This document shows positions 37,449 to 46,796 of a DNA stretch of 64,000 nucleotides, one piece after another (position 1 is the stretch's first letter; each line of letters starts with the position of its first letter). The notes under the pieces were generated by a model. It saw only the letters and a program-made list of their open reading frames with translations, was not told the DNA's origin and ran no database searches. Position numbers and translations under genes: made by a program. Origin of the DNA: an uncultured bacterium. Lineage in GTDB: Bacteria; Omnitrophota; Gorgyraeia; Ghiorseimicrobiales; Ghiorseimicrobiaceae. The stretch spans positions 11,981 to 75,980 of the forward strand of contig CAJVXN010000002.1 in NCBI GenBank assembly GCA_913009335.1, in the 5' to 3' direction.

Positions 37449-38107
37449 TTTATAAGGTTCGCAAAGTATCCGGCACCAAATCCATTATCAATGTTTACTA
37501 CGGTAACACCAGGAGAACAGCTGTTTAGCATTGTAAGAAGTGCCGCTAATCCGTTAAAGCTTGCGCCGTATCCTGTGCTAGTCGGAACCGCTATCACCGG
37601 AGATTTTACTAGTCCGCTTACAATACTTGCCAGTGCTCCCTCCATGCCAGCGACAACTATAATTACGGAGGATTTATATAAGAGTTTTTCTTTATCCATT
37701 AGCCGGTGTATTCCCGCGACTCCTACATCAAACAGGCGTTCAACAGGACTGCCAAGAATTTGACATGTTAAGGCAGCTTCTTCTGCCGCTTCTAAATCTG
37801 CCGTACCGGCACTGACGACTAATACGCTATTTTTTTTAAGCTTTGTTTTTTTGTCTTGGATATAGGCGAGTTTAGCCAGGGGACTATATTTTAATTTAGG
37901 ATAATATTGTTTAAGATGCGTATAGATAGATCGTTTAAGTCTGGTCAGTAAAAGAGTATGCTTTTGCGCGAGTACGATACTAGCGATGTCTTTTATCTGT
38001 TTTTTTGTTTTACCCGGGCAATAAATTGCTTCAGGATATCCTCGCCGATTCTTTCTATCTGTATCAATCTTGGCAAATCCTAAATCACAATAACCTTTTT
38101 GTTTCAT
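37439..38107 (-). CDS. larB: LarB (PurE-like nickel-pincer cofactor biosynthesis protein)
   Basis: D..R..R.G.PEAIY..GK, AGTAD, DVGVAG.HR, AGMEGAL.S, VPTS.GYG, VVNIDNGFGA. Confidence 0.93.
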   Translation of the reverse strand: MKQKGYCDLGFAKIDTDRKNRRGYPEAIYCPGKTKKQIKDIASIVLAQKHTLLLTRLKRSIYTHLKQYYPKLKYSPLAKLAYIQDKKTKLKKNSVLVVSAGTADLEAAEEAALTCQILGSPVERLFDVGVAGIHRLMDKEKLLYKSSVIIVVAGMEGALASIVSGLVKSPVIAVPTSTGYGASFNGLAALLTMLNSCSPGVTVVNIDNGFGAGYFANLINPA

Positions 38108-38409
38108 GTCTTGAGAATGATCCAGAGCATAAAAACGATCAAAATGCTTGAGGCTATATAAAAATCATTAAAATATATAAAGTCAGTTATTCTTTCAAAA
38201 GATGAATACTTTATATGCCTGGTTCTTGTTTTAAATTCAATTTTATCTTGTTGTTTTATACGGTTAATTTGATCTCTTTTAAATCTTAGATGAGTACCTG
38301 CAATTTTATATGCCGGTATTGCGCCTTGTTCGGCAAGTTCGATTACCTCTTGCTCGGTGATCCCTAAGATTTGCGAGACATCCCGTACAGTAATAAGTTT
38401 TTCAGTCAC
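38104..38409 (-). CDS. Excisionase-type (HTH_17) DNA-binding protein with C-terminal TM helix
   Basis: GTG start with GAGGT SD; LITVRDVSQILG...G.IPAYKI....RF; hydrophobic C-terminus. Confidence 0.75.
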   Translation of the reverse strand: MTEKLITVRDVSQILGITEQEVIELAEQGAIPAYKIAGTHLRFKRDQINRIKQQDKIEFKTRTRHIKYSSFERITDFIYFNDFYIASSILIVFMLWIILKT

Positions 38410-38455
38410 ATCGTACCTCTTAAAAAAGGTTCCAAAAATAAACAGCCCTTCCATA

Positions 38456-38619
38456 AACCCGAATTATGCAATAGATCGCGGAATTCGACGTAACCTCTTA
38501 GGCTATCTTGCCTTTCACAAAGCCTCGCCGTACCATAAAGGTATGCCTGCGTTTTCTTTAAGGCAATCTAACCCAATATATTACGTCTCGGTTTTCACGT
38601 CTATTGCACGATTCGGGTT
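38456..38619 (-). ncRNA. Rod-like structured RNA candidate (6S-like?)
   Basis: Nested pairings AACCCGAAT/ATTCGGGTT, TGCAATAGA/TCTATTGCA, GACGTAAT/GTTACGTC, TGGGTTA/TAGCCTA, TTGCCTT/AAGGCAA; G-U pairs favour the minus strand. Confidence 0.5.
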
Positions 38620-38703
38620 AAACTTAAGCTTGCGGAAGGCTTAAATGTAAATTGGTTAATTATTCGCAGTGTTTAGAGAGGATTTAGGCTTGAAAGTTAT
38701 TAC

Positions 38704-39210
38704 TTATTTTATTGCGCCGCTTGCAATCCACTCGTCGATTTTGCTGCGTTCGAATCTCCATTCATCGCCGTCTTTGTAGGCAGGTACTTTTCCGGAATCA
38801 GCCCAGTCAACAATAGAATCTAGATCCATTTCTAGATACTTGGCTAAGTCTTCAGCTCCGAGTACATCTTCAAGCATGTGGCAGTTACCTTCAAATTTAG
38901 CGCCCACGCCAATGCTGAGCTTGGAAGCTTTGATTGTGCCCTCTACTACTGCCGGAGCAATCAATGAAAGTTGTTCTCTTGCTAGTATTTCACCTTTAAC
39001 ATGTCCGGAAATTTCGATGTTATCTCCGATAATGCGGGCATTTACTACTGCTGTTTCGCTTACGGTAAGCGTACCTCTTGTTTCTAGTACTCCTTCAAAC
39101 TTACCGTTGATACGCAGGTTAACCGGATCTTTGAAGCAAAGGGATCCTGTCATGCTCGCATCAACATCCAGGATTTTTCCGTTGTTTTCGTTTTTTCTGT
39201 CTCTGGCCAT
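38704..39210 (-). CDS. Bactofilin (polymer-forming cytoskeletal) domain fused to a C-terminal HTH_17
   Basis: LRINGKFEG.L...G.L.V...A.V.A.I....I.I.G.V.G.I beta-helix; C-terminal EDLAKYL......W...G.VPA.K....WRF...ID.W. Confidence 0.85.
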   Translation of the reverse strand: MARDRKNENNGKILDVDASMTGSLCFKDPVNLRINGKFEGVLETRGTLTVSETAVVNARIIGDNIEISGHVKGEILAREQLSLIAPAVVEGTIKASKLSIGVGAKFEGNCHMLEDVLGAEDLAKYLEMDLDSIVDWADSGKVPAYKDGDEWRFERSKIDEWIASGAIK

Positions 39211-39282
39211 AAAACTTCACCCCCCTTCAAACTACATTGTAACTATTAATTTTTATTTGTGATCTTTAGATATTAGGTGCGA

Positions 39283-39717
39283 TTAACACTTCTTAATTAT
39301 AAATTTTTCTATATGGCGTAGAACAAGTAATACAATTAAAACGAAAACAGTGGTAATTAAGGCGGCATATATGAATCCGCAACCTATGGCTAGTCCGATA
39401 CTTGCTACTATCCAGATGGAGGCCGCGGTTGTTAGTCCTTTGACACTATCTTTGTTTTTTATGATAGCGCCAGCACCGATAAAGCCAATACCGGTCATGA
39501 CTCCTGCTGCAATTCTGGAAGGATCTAAATTGCCGACATCCTTATATATATCAAAAATATAGATAGATGTCAACATAATCAGCGTAGAACCAAGGCATAC
39601 CAGTATGTGTGTACGTAGGCCCGCTTCTCTTTTTTGGATTTCACGCTCCAGGCCGATTAAGCCGCCGAATATTACTGCTAGCAGTAGTTTTAAAATCATA
39701 TCGTCATATGTGATCAT
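39283..39717 (-). CDS. mgtC: MgtC/SapB family protein
   Basis: IGLERE, AGLRTH, DPSRIAA...GIGFIGAG, GLTTAA. Confidence 0.92.
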   Translation of the reverse strand: MITYDDMILKLLLAVIFGGLIGLEREIQKREAGLRTHILVCLGSTLIMLTSIYIFDIYKDVGNLDPSRIAAGVMTGIGFIGAGAIIKNKDSVKGLTTAASIWIVASIGLAIGCGFIYAALITTVFVLIVLLVLRHIEKFIIKKC

Positions 39718-39814
39718 CGTTCCTCCTTAATCAGGCTATAGCTTACGGAAGCGAAGCTGATATAAGCTATCTTGTTGAATTAATTTTGAAGTTTGAACGA
39801 AAAGGTCATAATAA

Positions 39815-40807
39815 TTATTGTCTTACACCAGCGGGTTCTATTTTCATATTTAATTTCGAGCGAACTCCTTTTCTAAAAAGTTGATAACCAAAACCGGCAA
39901 TCATTGCGGCATTATCTGTGCAGTATTGAGGTTTTGCCAGGTAAATCTTTATCTTTTGAGGTACGGCTTCTGCGTTTAGTTTATCACGGAATCGCCTGTT
40001 GCAGCTTACTCCACCTCCGACAACTAGCGCTTTTATCTTTTTCTTTGAAGCAGCCAGGACAGATTTTTTTACAATGTCATTAAATACTGCTTCTTGAAAA
40101 GCATGCGCAATATTTGCCTTATTTTTTGCGGTTAATTTTTTATCGCGAGCGTTATAAAGTACTGCTGTTTTTATGCCGCTGAAACTAAAATCAAATTCTC
40201 GCTTTAGGTTTCCGCAGGAAAATTTAACTTTTCCTGCCTCTCCTTTTAGGGCAATTTTCTCAACAACGGGCCCGCCGGGATATCCTAATCCTAAGATTTT
40301 GGCTACTTTGTCAAATGCCTCACCTGCGGCATCATCAGCAGTTCGCCCTAGCAATGTAAGCGAGTTAAAATTGGTTACCTTGTATAAGCTCGTGTGTCCT
40401 CCGGAAATTACGAGTCCGATAAAGGGGAAAGCTATTTTCTGTGTTAGGAGCGGAGCGTATAGATGTGCCTTGACGTGGTCTACGCCAATAAGGGGTATAT
40501 TTTTCGCAAAGCTTAAGGCTTTTGCAAAAGAGGCTCCCACTAGTAATGATCCTCCTAATCCCGGACCTTTTGTTACGGCGATTAAATTTACCCGGTCGAT
40601 TTTTACCTTTGCTTTTTTTAGTGCTTCATCAACTACAGGGTAAATGAATTCCAGTTGCGCTCGAGAGGCTATTTCCGGAATTATTCCGCCGTATTTTTTA
40701 TGCAATTGGATGCTTGATGCTATGATATGCGAAAGAACAATATTGCCGTTTTTTATTATTGCGGCGGATGTTTCATCGCAGGATGTCTCAATGCCTAATG
40801 TTATCAT
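39815..40807 (-). CDS. tsaD: tRNA N6-adenosine threonylcarbamoyltransferase
   Basis: LGIETSCDET, GGIIPE.ASR, H..AH, SGGHT, DDAAGEAFDK, TDNAAMI. Confidence 0.97.
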   Translation of the reverse strand: MITLGIETSCDETSAAIIKNGNIVLSHIIASSIQLHKKYGGIIPEIASRAQLEFIYPVVDEALKKAKVKIDRVNLIAVTKGPGLGGSLLVGASFAKALSFAKNIPLIGVDHVKAHLYAPLLTQKIAFPFIGLVISGGHTSLYKVTNFNSLTLLGRTADDAAGEAFDKVAKILGLGYPGGPVVEKIALKGEAGKVKFSCGNLKREFDFSFSGIKTAVLYNARDKKLTAKNKANIAHAFQEAVFNDIVKKSVLAASKKKIKALVVGGGVSCNRRFRDKLNAEAVPQKIKIYLAKPQYCTDNAAMIAGFGYQLFRKGVRSKLNMKIEPAGVRQ

Positions 40808-41634
40808 TTTACTAATTCCGATATAAAAACAAATTTAATACCTTCTTCTTGTTCTAGTTCGGGTATTAGTCTTTCTAGAACTTTTAATGTTGTGATTCTG
40901 TCATGACCTATGCCTATAGCTGTGCCGCGTAATTTAGCTTTTTCTGTTAGAATGCGTAATTGGTTGGCAATGTATTCTTCGTCGTTTTCATTGTCCAGGA
41001 AAACATCGCGGGATGCAAACCTAACGCCTGATTTATTTGCGATTTTTTTACATATGGATTTACTTGTCAGACTGTCGAGAAAAAATAAATTTTGCTTTTT
41101 TAACTGACTAAATATAGTAGTTATTGCCTTTTCGTCTGTTGTAAATTTTGAACCTTGGTGATTTGATACTCCTGCTGCATGCGATATGTTCATCAAATCT
41201 TTTTGCAGGATTGTGATCATTTCACGGGTTGTCATATCTGCCGTGATCGTATTTTCTTCTAAAGGTACTTGGCTGCGTTTATACGGCTCAAGCGGTAAAT
41301 GGAGGAGTATTTCTTTATTTAAGGCATATGCTTCTTCGGCAATACGCCTGGAATAAGTGAGATTAGGTAATACTGCCAAAGTTAGGGGAGATTTTATTTT
41401 TTTTAACGTATCTAAATTTTTAAGGTTGTATCCCCAGTCATCCAGGACAATCGCAATTTTTGCAACATCCGGATCGTTTTGAGGCGCAGTCTCCTTTTCT
41501 GTCTTTAGGATTTGCGGTTTTGACTTGGAAAGTGAAGTGACTTCTTTTTTTTCTTTTTTTGCGGCTCCCAGCAATAGAAAAGCCTGAGCAATTACGATGA
41601 TGGTTAAAGCCGCGATAATTTTATTTTTCATCAT
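40804..41634 (-). CDS. Divergent polysaccharide deacetylase (YibQ-like)
   Basis: IAIVLDDWG, LHLPLEP, NHQGS, FLDS.T, RDVFLD, IGIGH. Confidence 0.9.
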   Translation of the reverse strand: MMKNKIIAALTIIVIAQAFLLLGAAKKEKKEVTSLSKSKPQILKTEKETAPQNDPDVAKIAIVLDDWGYNLKNLDTLKKIKSPLTLAVLPNLTYSRRIAEEAYALNKEILLHLPLEPYKRSQVPLEENTITADMTTREMITILQKDLMNISHAAGVSNHQGSKFTTDEKAITTIFSQLKKQNLFFLDSLTSKSICKKIANKSGVRFASRDVFLDNENDEEYIANQLRILTEKAKLRGTAIGIGHDRITTLKVLERLIPELEQEEGIKFVFISELVK

Positions 41635-42898
41635 TTATTTTATTGTATATAAGGATTCCTTTTAATACGTCAATGGCAGCAATTATTTGATTATCCTTTT
41701 TATATTTTTCGTCTTTATCTTCGATTTCTTTATCTTCGATCTCATTGAATACTTTCTCGGAATCAATATCGGGTTTTTCACTGTTTTTCTCTGCGGGTAT
41801 TGGGTTTAGCTTAACGGTAATATCCGGAGTTATCCCTATATCGTGGATGAGGCGCATATTCGGCGTAAAATATTTACTGGTAGTAAGTTTTACAGCTGAG
41901 CCGTCAAGCAGCGGTATTAATGTTTGAACCGAGGCTTTGCCGAATGATTTAGTGCCCATGATTATTGCTCGCCCATAGTCCTGCATTGCACCCGCAAAAA
42001 TTTCACTGCCGGAAGCGCTCCCGTTATTTATTAAAACTACCATTGGCAGATCAAGCAGCGGCTTGCCGTATTTTGATTTAAATTCAGTCTGTGAATCTTC
42101 CCGCCTACCTTGGGTTGATACGATAACTTTATTTTTCTCGATAAATTTTTCGGCCGTATCAACCGCGGATATTAGAAGCCCTCCGGGATTATTACGTAAG
42201 TCCATGATTAAGGCCCGCATGCCTTCTTTGGTAAGGTCATTAAGGACTTTTAGTAAGTCATCTCCTGAGTCTTCACGGAATTCAACGAGGCGTATATAGG
42301 CAATTCCATTTTCGAGGATTCTTGCTTCTTTTATGTCTTTTATCTTTATGATGTCGCGCGTTATTGTAAAATCAAGCAGCTTGCCTTCGCTTTCACGCAG
42401 GACCGTAATAGTGATATCCGTGCCGGGTTTTCCACGCATCTTTTTTACGGCATCGGTTAGCGAGAATCCTCGCGTTACTTCGTCCTCTATCTTGACTATG
42501 CGGTCCAGGCTTTTTATGCCGGCTTTCCATGCAGGTGTATCTTCAATAGGGGTGATTACTGTAATTAATCCGTCTCGTATGGTTATCTCAATGCCTAGTC
42601 CGCCGAATTTCCCTGTGGTATCTACGCGTAATTCATTATATGTATCCGGATCCAGAAATTGACTGTATGCGTCAAGGTTACCCAGCATTCCCTGTAGTGC
42701 CCCGTAAATTAAATCTTTATTTTCTGTTTCTTCTACATAATCACGTTTTATGTAACTAAATACATCGGCAAATAAATCGAGTTGTTTATAAACGTCGTTT
42801 TTGCCTTTTTCTTTTTCCGCCAGGCTGCAGCTGTAATTTAAGAAAACTAAAAAAGCAATTATTGTAATACTTAAAACCAGAAATATTTTCTTACGCAT
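41621..42898 (-). CDS. ctpA: S41 carboxy-terminal processing protease
   Basis: PDZ GLGI, DLRNNPGG, SASGSEI, SFGK.SVQ. Confidence 0.93.
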   Translation of the reverse strand: MRKKIFLVLSITIIAFLVFLNYSCSLAEKEKGKNDVYKQLDLFADVFSYIKRDYVEETENKDLIYGALQGMLGNLDAYSQFLDPDTYNELRVDTTGKFGGLGIEITIRDGLITVITPIEDTPAWKAGIKSLDRIVKIEDEVTRGFSLTDAVKKMRGKPGTDITITVLRESEGKLLDFTITRDIIKIKDIKEARILENGIAYIRLVEFREDSGDDLLKVLNDLTKEGMRALIMDLRNNPGGLLISAVDTAEKFIEKNKVIVSTQGRREDSQTEFKSKYGKPLLDLPMVVLINNGSASGSEIFAGAMQDYGRAIIMGTKSFGKASVQTLIPLLDGSAVKLTTSKYFTPNMRLIHDIGITPDITVKLNPIPAEKNSEKPDIDSEKVFNEIEDKEIEDKDEKYKKDNQIIAAIDVLKGILIYNKINDEK

Positions 42899-44327
42899 TT
42901 TTAATCCTTTCTTTTAAGATTTCGATTACCATTTTTGGATTTGCTTTGCCCTTGCTTTGTTTCATTACTTGTCCCATTAAAAACATTATGGCGTTTTCTT
43001 TGCCGTTTTTATAATCTCCGACTGGTTTGGGATTGTCTTTTATTACATTATCGGTTATTTCCTCAAGGGCTGATGAGTCGGATATTTGAGCGAGATTTTT
43101 TTCTTTAATGATTGTATCCGCGGATTTACCCGTATGGATCATGTCAGTAAGCACTGTCTTTGCCGTTAAGTTATTGATCTTTCCTTCGTCTGCTATTTTG
43201 AGTAATTTAGTTAATTCTAAAGGTGCAAGTTTTAAATCTTTTACTTGGATTTTGCGGTTGTTTAGTTCTGATGAGAGCGCGCCCTGTATCCAGTTGCTAA
43301 GATTTTTGTATTGTTTATAAGTTTTTGCGCACTCCTCAAAGAAATCTGCCAGATATTTATCAGAGATTAAAATATTCCCGTCATAAACGGATAATTTAAA
43401 TTCGCTCATAAAGCGCGATAACCTTGCCTCTGGAAGCTCCGGTAGATTATTTTTAATTGTATCTATTTCTTCTTGTTTTAATACGAAGGGTACCAAATCC
43501 GGCTCAGGGAAATATCGATAATCATGCGCTTCTTCCTTTGTGCGCATGCTAACGGTTTTTTGTTTTTTCTCATCCCACAACAAGGTCTGTTGCATTATTT
43601 TTTCACCTTTTTCTTTAAGTTTTATCTGGCGCTTTACTTCAAATTCCAAGGCAGCCTTTACGCCCTTAAAAGAATTCATGTTTTTTAATTCTGTCTTAGT
43701 TCCTAGTTTTGTATCCCCTTTTTTTCTTATGGAAATATTCGCATCGCACCTTAGGCTTCCTTTTTCCATGTCACAATCAGAAACATCCAGATATTTAAGT
43801 ATTGCTTTTAGAGTCGTTAGGTAAAGATAGGCTTGCCCCGGTGATCTCATGTCAGGCTCGGATACTATTTCAAGTAACGGGATCCCCGTTCTATTGAAAT
43901 CAACATAGCTTGAAGCAGCATCATCACCTTCATGGATAAGTTTTCCCGCGTCTTCTTCGAGATGTACTCGGGTAATACCGATTTTTTTTGTCTTATCTTT
44001 ATCTTTTATCGTAAGGTGTCCCTTGTATGAAAGCGGGCGATCATATTGGGATATCTGGAAATTCTTAGGCAAATCAGGGTAAAAATAATTTTTCCGGTCG
44101 AATTTAATAAAGGATTCTATGGAACAATTAAGAGCAAGGGCGGTTTTAACTGCATGTTTAAGGGTTTTATGGTTTAATACAGGAAGTACTCCCGGCAATC
44201 CTAAACACACCGGGCAGACTTGAGTATTGGCTGATGCTCCGAATTCAGTTGAACATCCGCAGAAAATTTTTGATTTAGTGTTTAGCTGGGTGTGTACTTC
44301 TAGTCCGATTACTGTTTCGTAACTCAT
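42891..44327 (-). CDS. gatB: Asp/Glu-tRNA amidotransferase subunit B
   Basis: [36 protein letters not shown]. Confidence 0.98.
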   Translation of the reverse strand: MSYETVIGLEVHTQLNTKSKIFCGCSTEFGASANTQVCPVCLGLPGVLPVLNHKTLKHAVKTALALNCSIESFIKFDRKNYFYPDLPKNFQISQYDRPLSYKGHLTIKDKDKTKKIGITRVHLEEDAGKLIHEGDDAASSYVDFNRTGIPLLEIVSEPDMRSPGQAYLYLTTLKAILKYLDVSDCDMEKGSLRCDANISIRKKGDTKLGTKTELKNMNSFKGVKAALEFEVKRQIKLKEKGEKIMQQTLLWDEKKQKTVSMRTKEEAHDYRYFPEPDLVPFVLKQEEIDTIKNNLPELPEARLSRFMSEFKLSVYDGNILISDKYLADFFEECAKTYKQYKNLSNWIQGALSSELNNRKIQVKDLKLAPLELTKLLKIADEGKINNLTAKTVLTDMIHTGKSADTIIKEKNLAQISDSSALEEITDNVIKDNPKPVGDYKNGKENAIMFLMGQVMKQSKGKANPKMVIEILKERIKNA

Positions 44328-45760
44328 AATTTAGGTTTTATTTTACACCAGTTGGTTTCTGCTTCATACGCAGAAGCTATTTTAAATAAGGTATCTTCAG
44401 CGAATGGCTTTGCAATAAGTTGTAATCCTATAGGGAGATTGTTTTTTGTAAATCCGCAAGGTATTGATATTGCCGGTATACCTGCTAAATTTGCTGATAT
44501 TGTATAGATATCCGAGAGATACATTGCCAAGGGGGTTTTTAGTTTTTCACCTTTTTTAAATGCCGGCGTAGGTGATGTAGGTGTTAGTATGCAATCTATG
44601 GTTTTAAATGCATCATCAAAGTCTTTTTTGATTAATGTGCGTACTTTTTGGGCTCTTAGATAATAAGCATCGTAGTACCCGCTGGATAATACATATGTAC
44701 CGAGGATTATACGGCGCTTTGCCTCTTCGCCAAATCCTTCACCTCGCGTTGCCCGATACATCGGAATTAGTCCCTGCCCTGTGTCTTTTCTGTATCCGTA
44801 TTGTACGCCGTCAAAACGCGCAAGATTAGAGCTGGCTTCAGCAGTTGCGATTATGTAGTATACCGCGACAGCATATTGGGTATGCGGAAGTTTTACAGGG
44901 ATAAACTTCGCCCCTTTTTTCTTTAGTAATTCGATTGCAGTATCAACTGCAATTTTTACCTCACGATTAATACCCTTAGTGAAATATTCTTCCGGTAAGC
45001 CTATTGTGATGTTCTTGATATCTTCTCCTAGTGATTTTGTAAAATCGGGTACTTTTATATCGGCAGAAGTTGAATCTTTATGATCATATCCTGCGATAGT
45101 ATTTAAGAGAAGTGCTGAGTCGTAAACATTTTTAGTTAATGGTCCGATTTGATCAAGGCTTGATGCGAATGCAATAAGCCCGTACCGGGAAACTCTGCCG
45201 TATGTGGGCTTAAGCCCTACTACTCCGCAGAAAGATGCTGGTTGCCTTATTGAGCCTCCGGTGTCTGAGCCGATACTCATGATTGTTTCATCAGCAGCAA
45301 CAGCCGCAGCAGAGCCGCCTGATGAGCCGCCGGGGACACAGTCAAGATTGTGTGGATTAGAAGTTGGTCCATAGCAGGAATTTTCGCAGGATGAGCCGAA
45401 TGCGAATTCATCCATATTGGTTTTTCCCCAGAGTATAGCTCCGGCATTTTTAAGGCGAGTGATTACTTCCGCATCGTATGGCGGGTGAAATCCGCTAAGT
45501 ATTTTTGAGGCACAGGTTGTCAGTTGCCCCTCAACACAGATATTATCCTTTATAGAAACCGCAATACTCCAAAGAGGCTGATTGGTTTTTGGACTTGGTT
45601 TTGCTGCAGGATTAATCTTCGGCTTCCTGACAAAGGCCTTTACTTTATCTTCAACTTTATTGATGCGTTCTGTGAGGCTCGCGATTACTGATTTAGGATC
45701 AGTTTTTTGCGTGATAATATCTTTGGCGGAAAGCGAAAATAAGTTATTGTTGTTATTCAT
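44324..45760 (-). CDS. gatA: Asp/Glu-tRNA amidotransferase subunit A
   Basis: [36 protein letters not shown]. Confidence 0.98.
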   Translation of the reverse strand: MNNNNNLFSLSAKDIITQKTDPKSVIASLTERINKVEDKVKAFVRKPKINPAAKPSPKTNQPLWSIAVSIKDNICVEGQLTTCASKILSGFHPPYDAEVITRLKNAGAILWGKTNMDEFAFGSSCENSCYGPTSNPHNLDCVPGGSSGGSAAAVAADETIMSIGSDTGGSIRQPASFCGVVGLKPTYGRVSRYGLIAFASSLDQIGPLTKNVYDSALLLNTIAGYDHKDSTSADIKVPDFTKSLGEDIKNITIGLPEEYFTKGINREVKIAVDTAIELLKKKGAKFIPVKLPHTQYAVAVYYIIATAEASSNLARFDGVQYGYRKDTGQGLIPMYRATRGEGFGEEAKRRIILGTYVLSSGYYDAYYLRAQKVRTLIKKDFDDAFKTIDCILTPTSPTPAFKKGEKLKTPLAMYLSDIYTISANLAGIPAISIPCGFTKNNLPIGLQLIAKPFAEDTLFKIASAYEAETNWCKIKPKL

Positions 45761-45777
45761 TTTAAGCGGGTATTTTA

Positions 45778-46065
45778 TTATTCGATTACTTTGGGGACTT
45801 TAAAGAATCTTTCGTCTTTTGAGGGTGCGTTTTTAAGCGCATCACTTGTTTTTAGAGAGCGAGATACCTCATCTTCGCGGTAGACGTTTTTAATCGGCAA
45901 AACATGACTTGTGGGCGCAACCTCTTTTATATCAACACTTTTTAATTTGTCGATGAAATCGAGGATATCCTGTAAATGTTTTGATAGGATATCCAGTTCT
46001 TTATCTTTCAGCTCAAGGCGCGCAAGATTTGCCGTATATTTTACATCTTCTCTGGATATAGACAT
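45778..46065 (-). CDS. gatC: Amidotransferase subunit C
   Basis: [21 protein letters not shown]. Confidence 0.95.
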   Translation of the reverse strand: MSISREDVKYTANLARLELKDKELDILSKHLQDILDFIDKLKSVDIKEVAPTSHVLPIKNVYREDEVSRSLKTSDALKNAPSKDERFFKVPKVIE

Positions 46066-46147
46066 TTTCTCTCCTAAATTATACTAAAAACAGCTTTTTT
46101 AATATATCATTTTAACTCAGGAAAGTCAATTAAATTTACCGTACCCC

Positions 46148-46176
46148 TTGAAATTATGTGTTTTATGTGGTATATT
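46148..46176 (+). promoter_or_regulatory. Sigma70-like promoter upstream of the riboswitch
   Basis: TTGAAA-17 bp-TATATT with TGn extended -10. Confidence 0.55.
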
Positions 46177-46206
46177 TAGAAGGTGAGCGTTCTTTAAGAA
46201 TTAAAA

Positions 46207-46295
46207 GCAAAGGTAAACTATCCGAAAGGGTAGGGCACAAAGCCTTGAGTTTAAGTCTCTGATACACAAGGAGATATGACAGTCAGGCTACCGTA
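46207..46295 (+). promoter_or_regulatory. c-di-GMP-I (GEMM-I) riboswitch
   Basis: GGTAAACTATCC-GAAA-GGGTAGGGCACAAAGCCTTGAG..TAAG..ATGACAGTCAGGCTACCG; GNRA loop; compensatory U-A in place of C-G at the base of P2. Confidence 0.88.
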
Positions 46296-46322
46296 TTCCA
46301 ACGTATTGGAATCCGTAAATGC

Positions 46323-46352
46323 AGCCCATTCTTTTGAATGGGTTTTTTTCTT
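46323..46352 (+). terminator. Intrinsic terminator (riboswitch expression platform)
   Basis: AGCCCATTC-TTTT-GAATGGGTT followed by a T run. Confidence 0.8.
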
Positions 46353-46428
46353 TGCCCGCCGAGTTTTAGTGGTGGGTTGCCTTTGCTAAATGAGTTGGTA
46401 AATTTGGCAGAAGTGGCGGAGGTGAGAA

Positions 46429-46707
46429 ATGAAAAATTTTAAACTATTAATTGTTCTTTTGGCAATGGTTATGATTATTGCAAATATGGCTTTCGCAGGT
46501 AATACCCAAACTGTTACTGTTTCGTGTACCATACCTTTGGTTCCGGGCTTAAATGTGCCTATTACTGAAGAAACTACGGTTGTTCCTGATGAGGCTGTTA
46601 GTGAACTCTATGAGTACACAATGATAGTCGCCGAACAAGAACCGGAGATAATGCAGGAAGAAACTGTATCTGAAGATTCAACGTTGTATACGTTTTGTTT
46701 GAAGTAG
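46429..46707 (+). CDS. Small secreted acidic protein with a pilin donor-strand-like N-terminus
   Basis: GGAGG SD; signal peptide ending AFA; mature GNTQTVTVSCTIP. Confidence 0.75.
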   Translation: MKNFKLLIVLLAMVMIIANMAFAGNTQTVTVSCTIPLVPGLNVPITEETTVVPDEAVSELYEYTMIVAEQEPEIMQEETVSEDSTLYTFCLK

Positions 46708-46734
46708 AAAATTTAACCTCCTGCCACGGAAGGT

Positions 46735-46770
46735 AAAAAAATTGCGCGGTTTTTAAACCGCGCTTTTTTT
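46735..46770. terminator. Bidirectional intrinsic terminator
   Basis: A run, GCGCGGTTT-TT-AAACCGCGC, T run; between convergent genes. Confidence 0.8.
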
Positions 46771-46796
46771 ATATTTAATTTTAAGTTAAAATTGCC

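Noticed and set aside
38104-39210. Prophage or integrative element suggested by excisionase-like HTHs
   Set aside because: No integrase, att sites or phage genes are nearby; the domains are fused to bactofilin or a TM helix within a housekeeping run
46207-46295. c-AMP-GMP (GEMM-Ib) specificity
   Set aside because: The discriminating position appears to be G, as in c-di-GMP binders; this was judged by eye only
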